Source: Mobula hypostoma (taxonomy: Eukaryota). Taken from it: a stretch of DNA of 64,000 bases. Below the pieces are notes generated by a model. That model made no database searches and was not told the DNA's origin. It saw nothing but the letters and a program-made list of their open reading frames with translations. Both the position numbers and the translations under genes were made by a program. Positions 63,006-64,000 of the stretch are shown here, one piece after another. Where the stretch lies: assembly GCF_963921235.1 (NCBI RefSeq), contig NC_086097.1, positions 185,382,001-185,446,000 on the forward strand, in the 5' to 3' direction. Position 1 is the stretch's first letter, and each line of letters starts with the position of its first letter.

Positions 63006-64000
63006 ATACTTACTGCTACTTGAATAAGATCATTACTTGTTTTTCCAAATCTCATTGGGTACTTACAAACTGCTCAATCTTCCCTCATTTTAAAAAAAAA
63101 ACAACTCATTCATACCAAGAATAAATCCAGTGAAACTTTGCTAAATTATCTCTAATGGAAGTATATCCTTCCTTAAAGTTGAAGTGTTGAGCTTGTGGGA
63201 GTCTGTACTTGGAATGCAGTTGTGGAACTGTGTACAAACTTTGGTTCCTCTTTGTAGACAGAACAAAATTTTTGAAAGTTAGCAAGATCAAACTCCAATA
63301 ATATCAAGAAGTATTTGTGATATGAAAGATTGAGAAGTTAAGACTTTGAGTAATTAAGAAAACCGGCTGAATTTTAAATATAAAGACTATAATAGGCAAT
63401 CAAAGACTCAACAAACTTAATATTATTTTCTCATAAGATTTGAACAACAACTTGCTACCCTAGATGAAAAATTTCCTGAAGGTTTCATCAAATCTCGCTA
63501 CCCACACAAATCTCACTCTCAGAAAAAAACAATCATTATTTTCCCACCTCAAGTATTTCTAAAATGATTAACTGAGTTTCTAAAAAGTAAGTAGAAACAA
63601 TGTTTTTTGCACTATAGCTTAGAGTTACTGATAGCCCTGGAGCTTCACTGACCAGTCCAGGACTTCCTTGGGAGTGCTAATCTCATCAACACCTTTAGCT
63701 GGCTATCCAACTCTGGACGATTCAGTGGGTTGTATTCGTTCACAGCCGATGAGCCTTTCCTGGTGCTTTGGCAGCCAGAAAAGAGGCAGATCAGAAGAAC
63801 ATGGAACTCTACCACAAGTTAGTGCTGGTACAGCATCACTTGTGTCAATGTTTTCTGCACAAGAGCTCCTCAGTCTGATACCACAGTGGCATTATACTCA
63901 GGAGTTCTTGTGTGTAAAAATATTAACTCAAGTCTGGTTGGATAAATGACCTGTTTCTGTGCTGTAACAGAACGGTGTTATAACATTGTCTAGATTGAGC

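Noticed and set aside
63668..63949. 93-aa plus ORF near the window end
   Set aside because: Non-ATG start, no recognisable protein, no supporting exons.
1..64000. Prokaryotic systems (CRISPR arrays, operons, retrons, defence islands)
   Set aside because: No regularly spaced repeat-spacer array or dense gene packing. All RT, endonuclease and transposase pieces are explained by vertebrate TEs.

Overview
This is eukaryotic vertebrate DNA. The repeat content (CR1 LINEs with an SGNH-esterase ORF1, Rex1/Babar LINEs, V-domain SINEs, Penelope-like elements) suggests a cartilaginous fish, probably a ray; that is an inference. I found no recognisable host protein-coding gene. The window looks like intronic or intergenic DNA made largely of nested, decayed transposable elements: about a dozen CR1 pieces, several Rex1/Babar copies (one near full length), a Gypsy LTR remnant, a probable solo LTR, a Tx1/L1 3' end, two Tc1 elements, three Tigger/pogo derivatives, two hAT derivatives and tRNA-derived SINEs. 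The most interesting signals are non-coding. (1) Penelope-like pLTRs carry minimal type I hammerhead ribozymes and recur as TSD-flanked inverted insertions with fixed end points, in two distinct families. (2) A ~410-bp non-coding retroposon begins with what looks like the 3' half of an HDV-like ribozyme. (3) A ~70-bp promoter-like module is shared between a Tigger MITE and a hAT element. (4) A ~220-bp palindrome lies 3' of a Tigger transposase remnant. (5) Several insertion and rearrangement scars are visible: a templated inverted duplication, a split/inverted CR1 and a micro-inversion. Boundaries of old decayed elements are approximate; TSD/TIR-defined boundaries were counted by eye.
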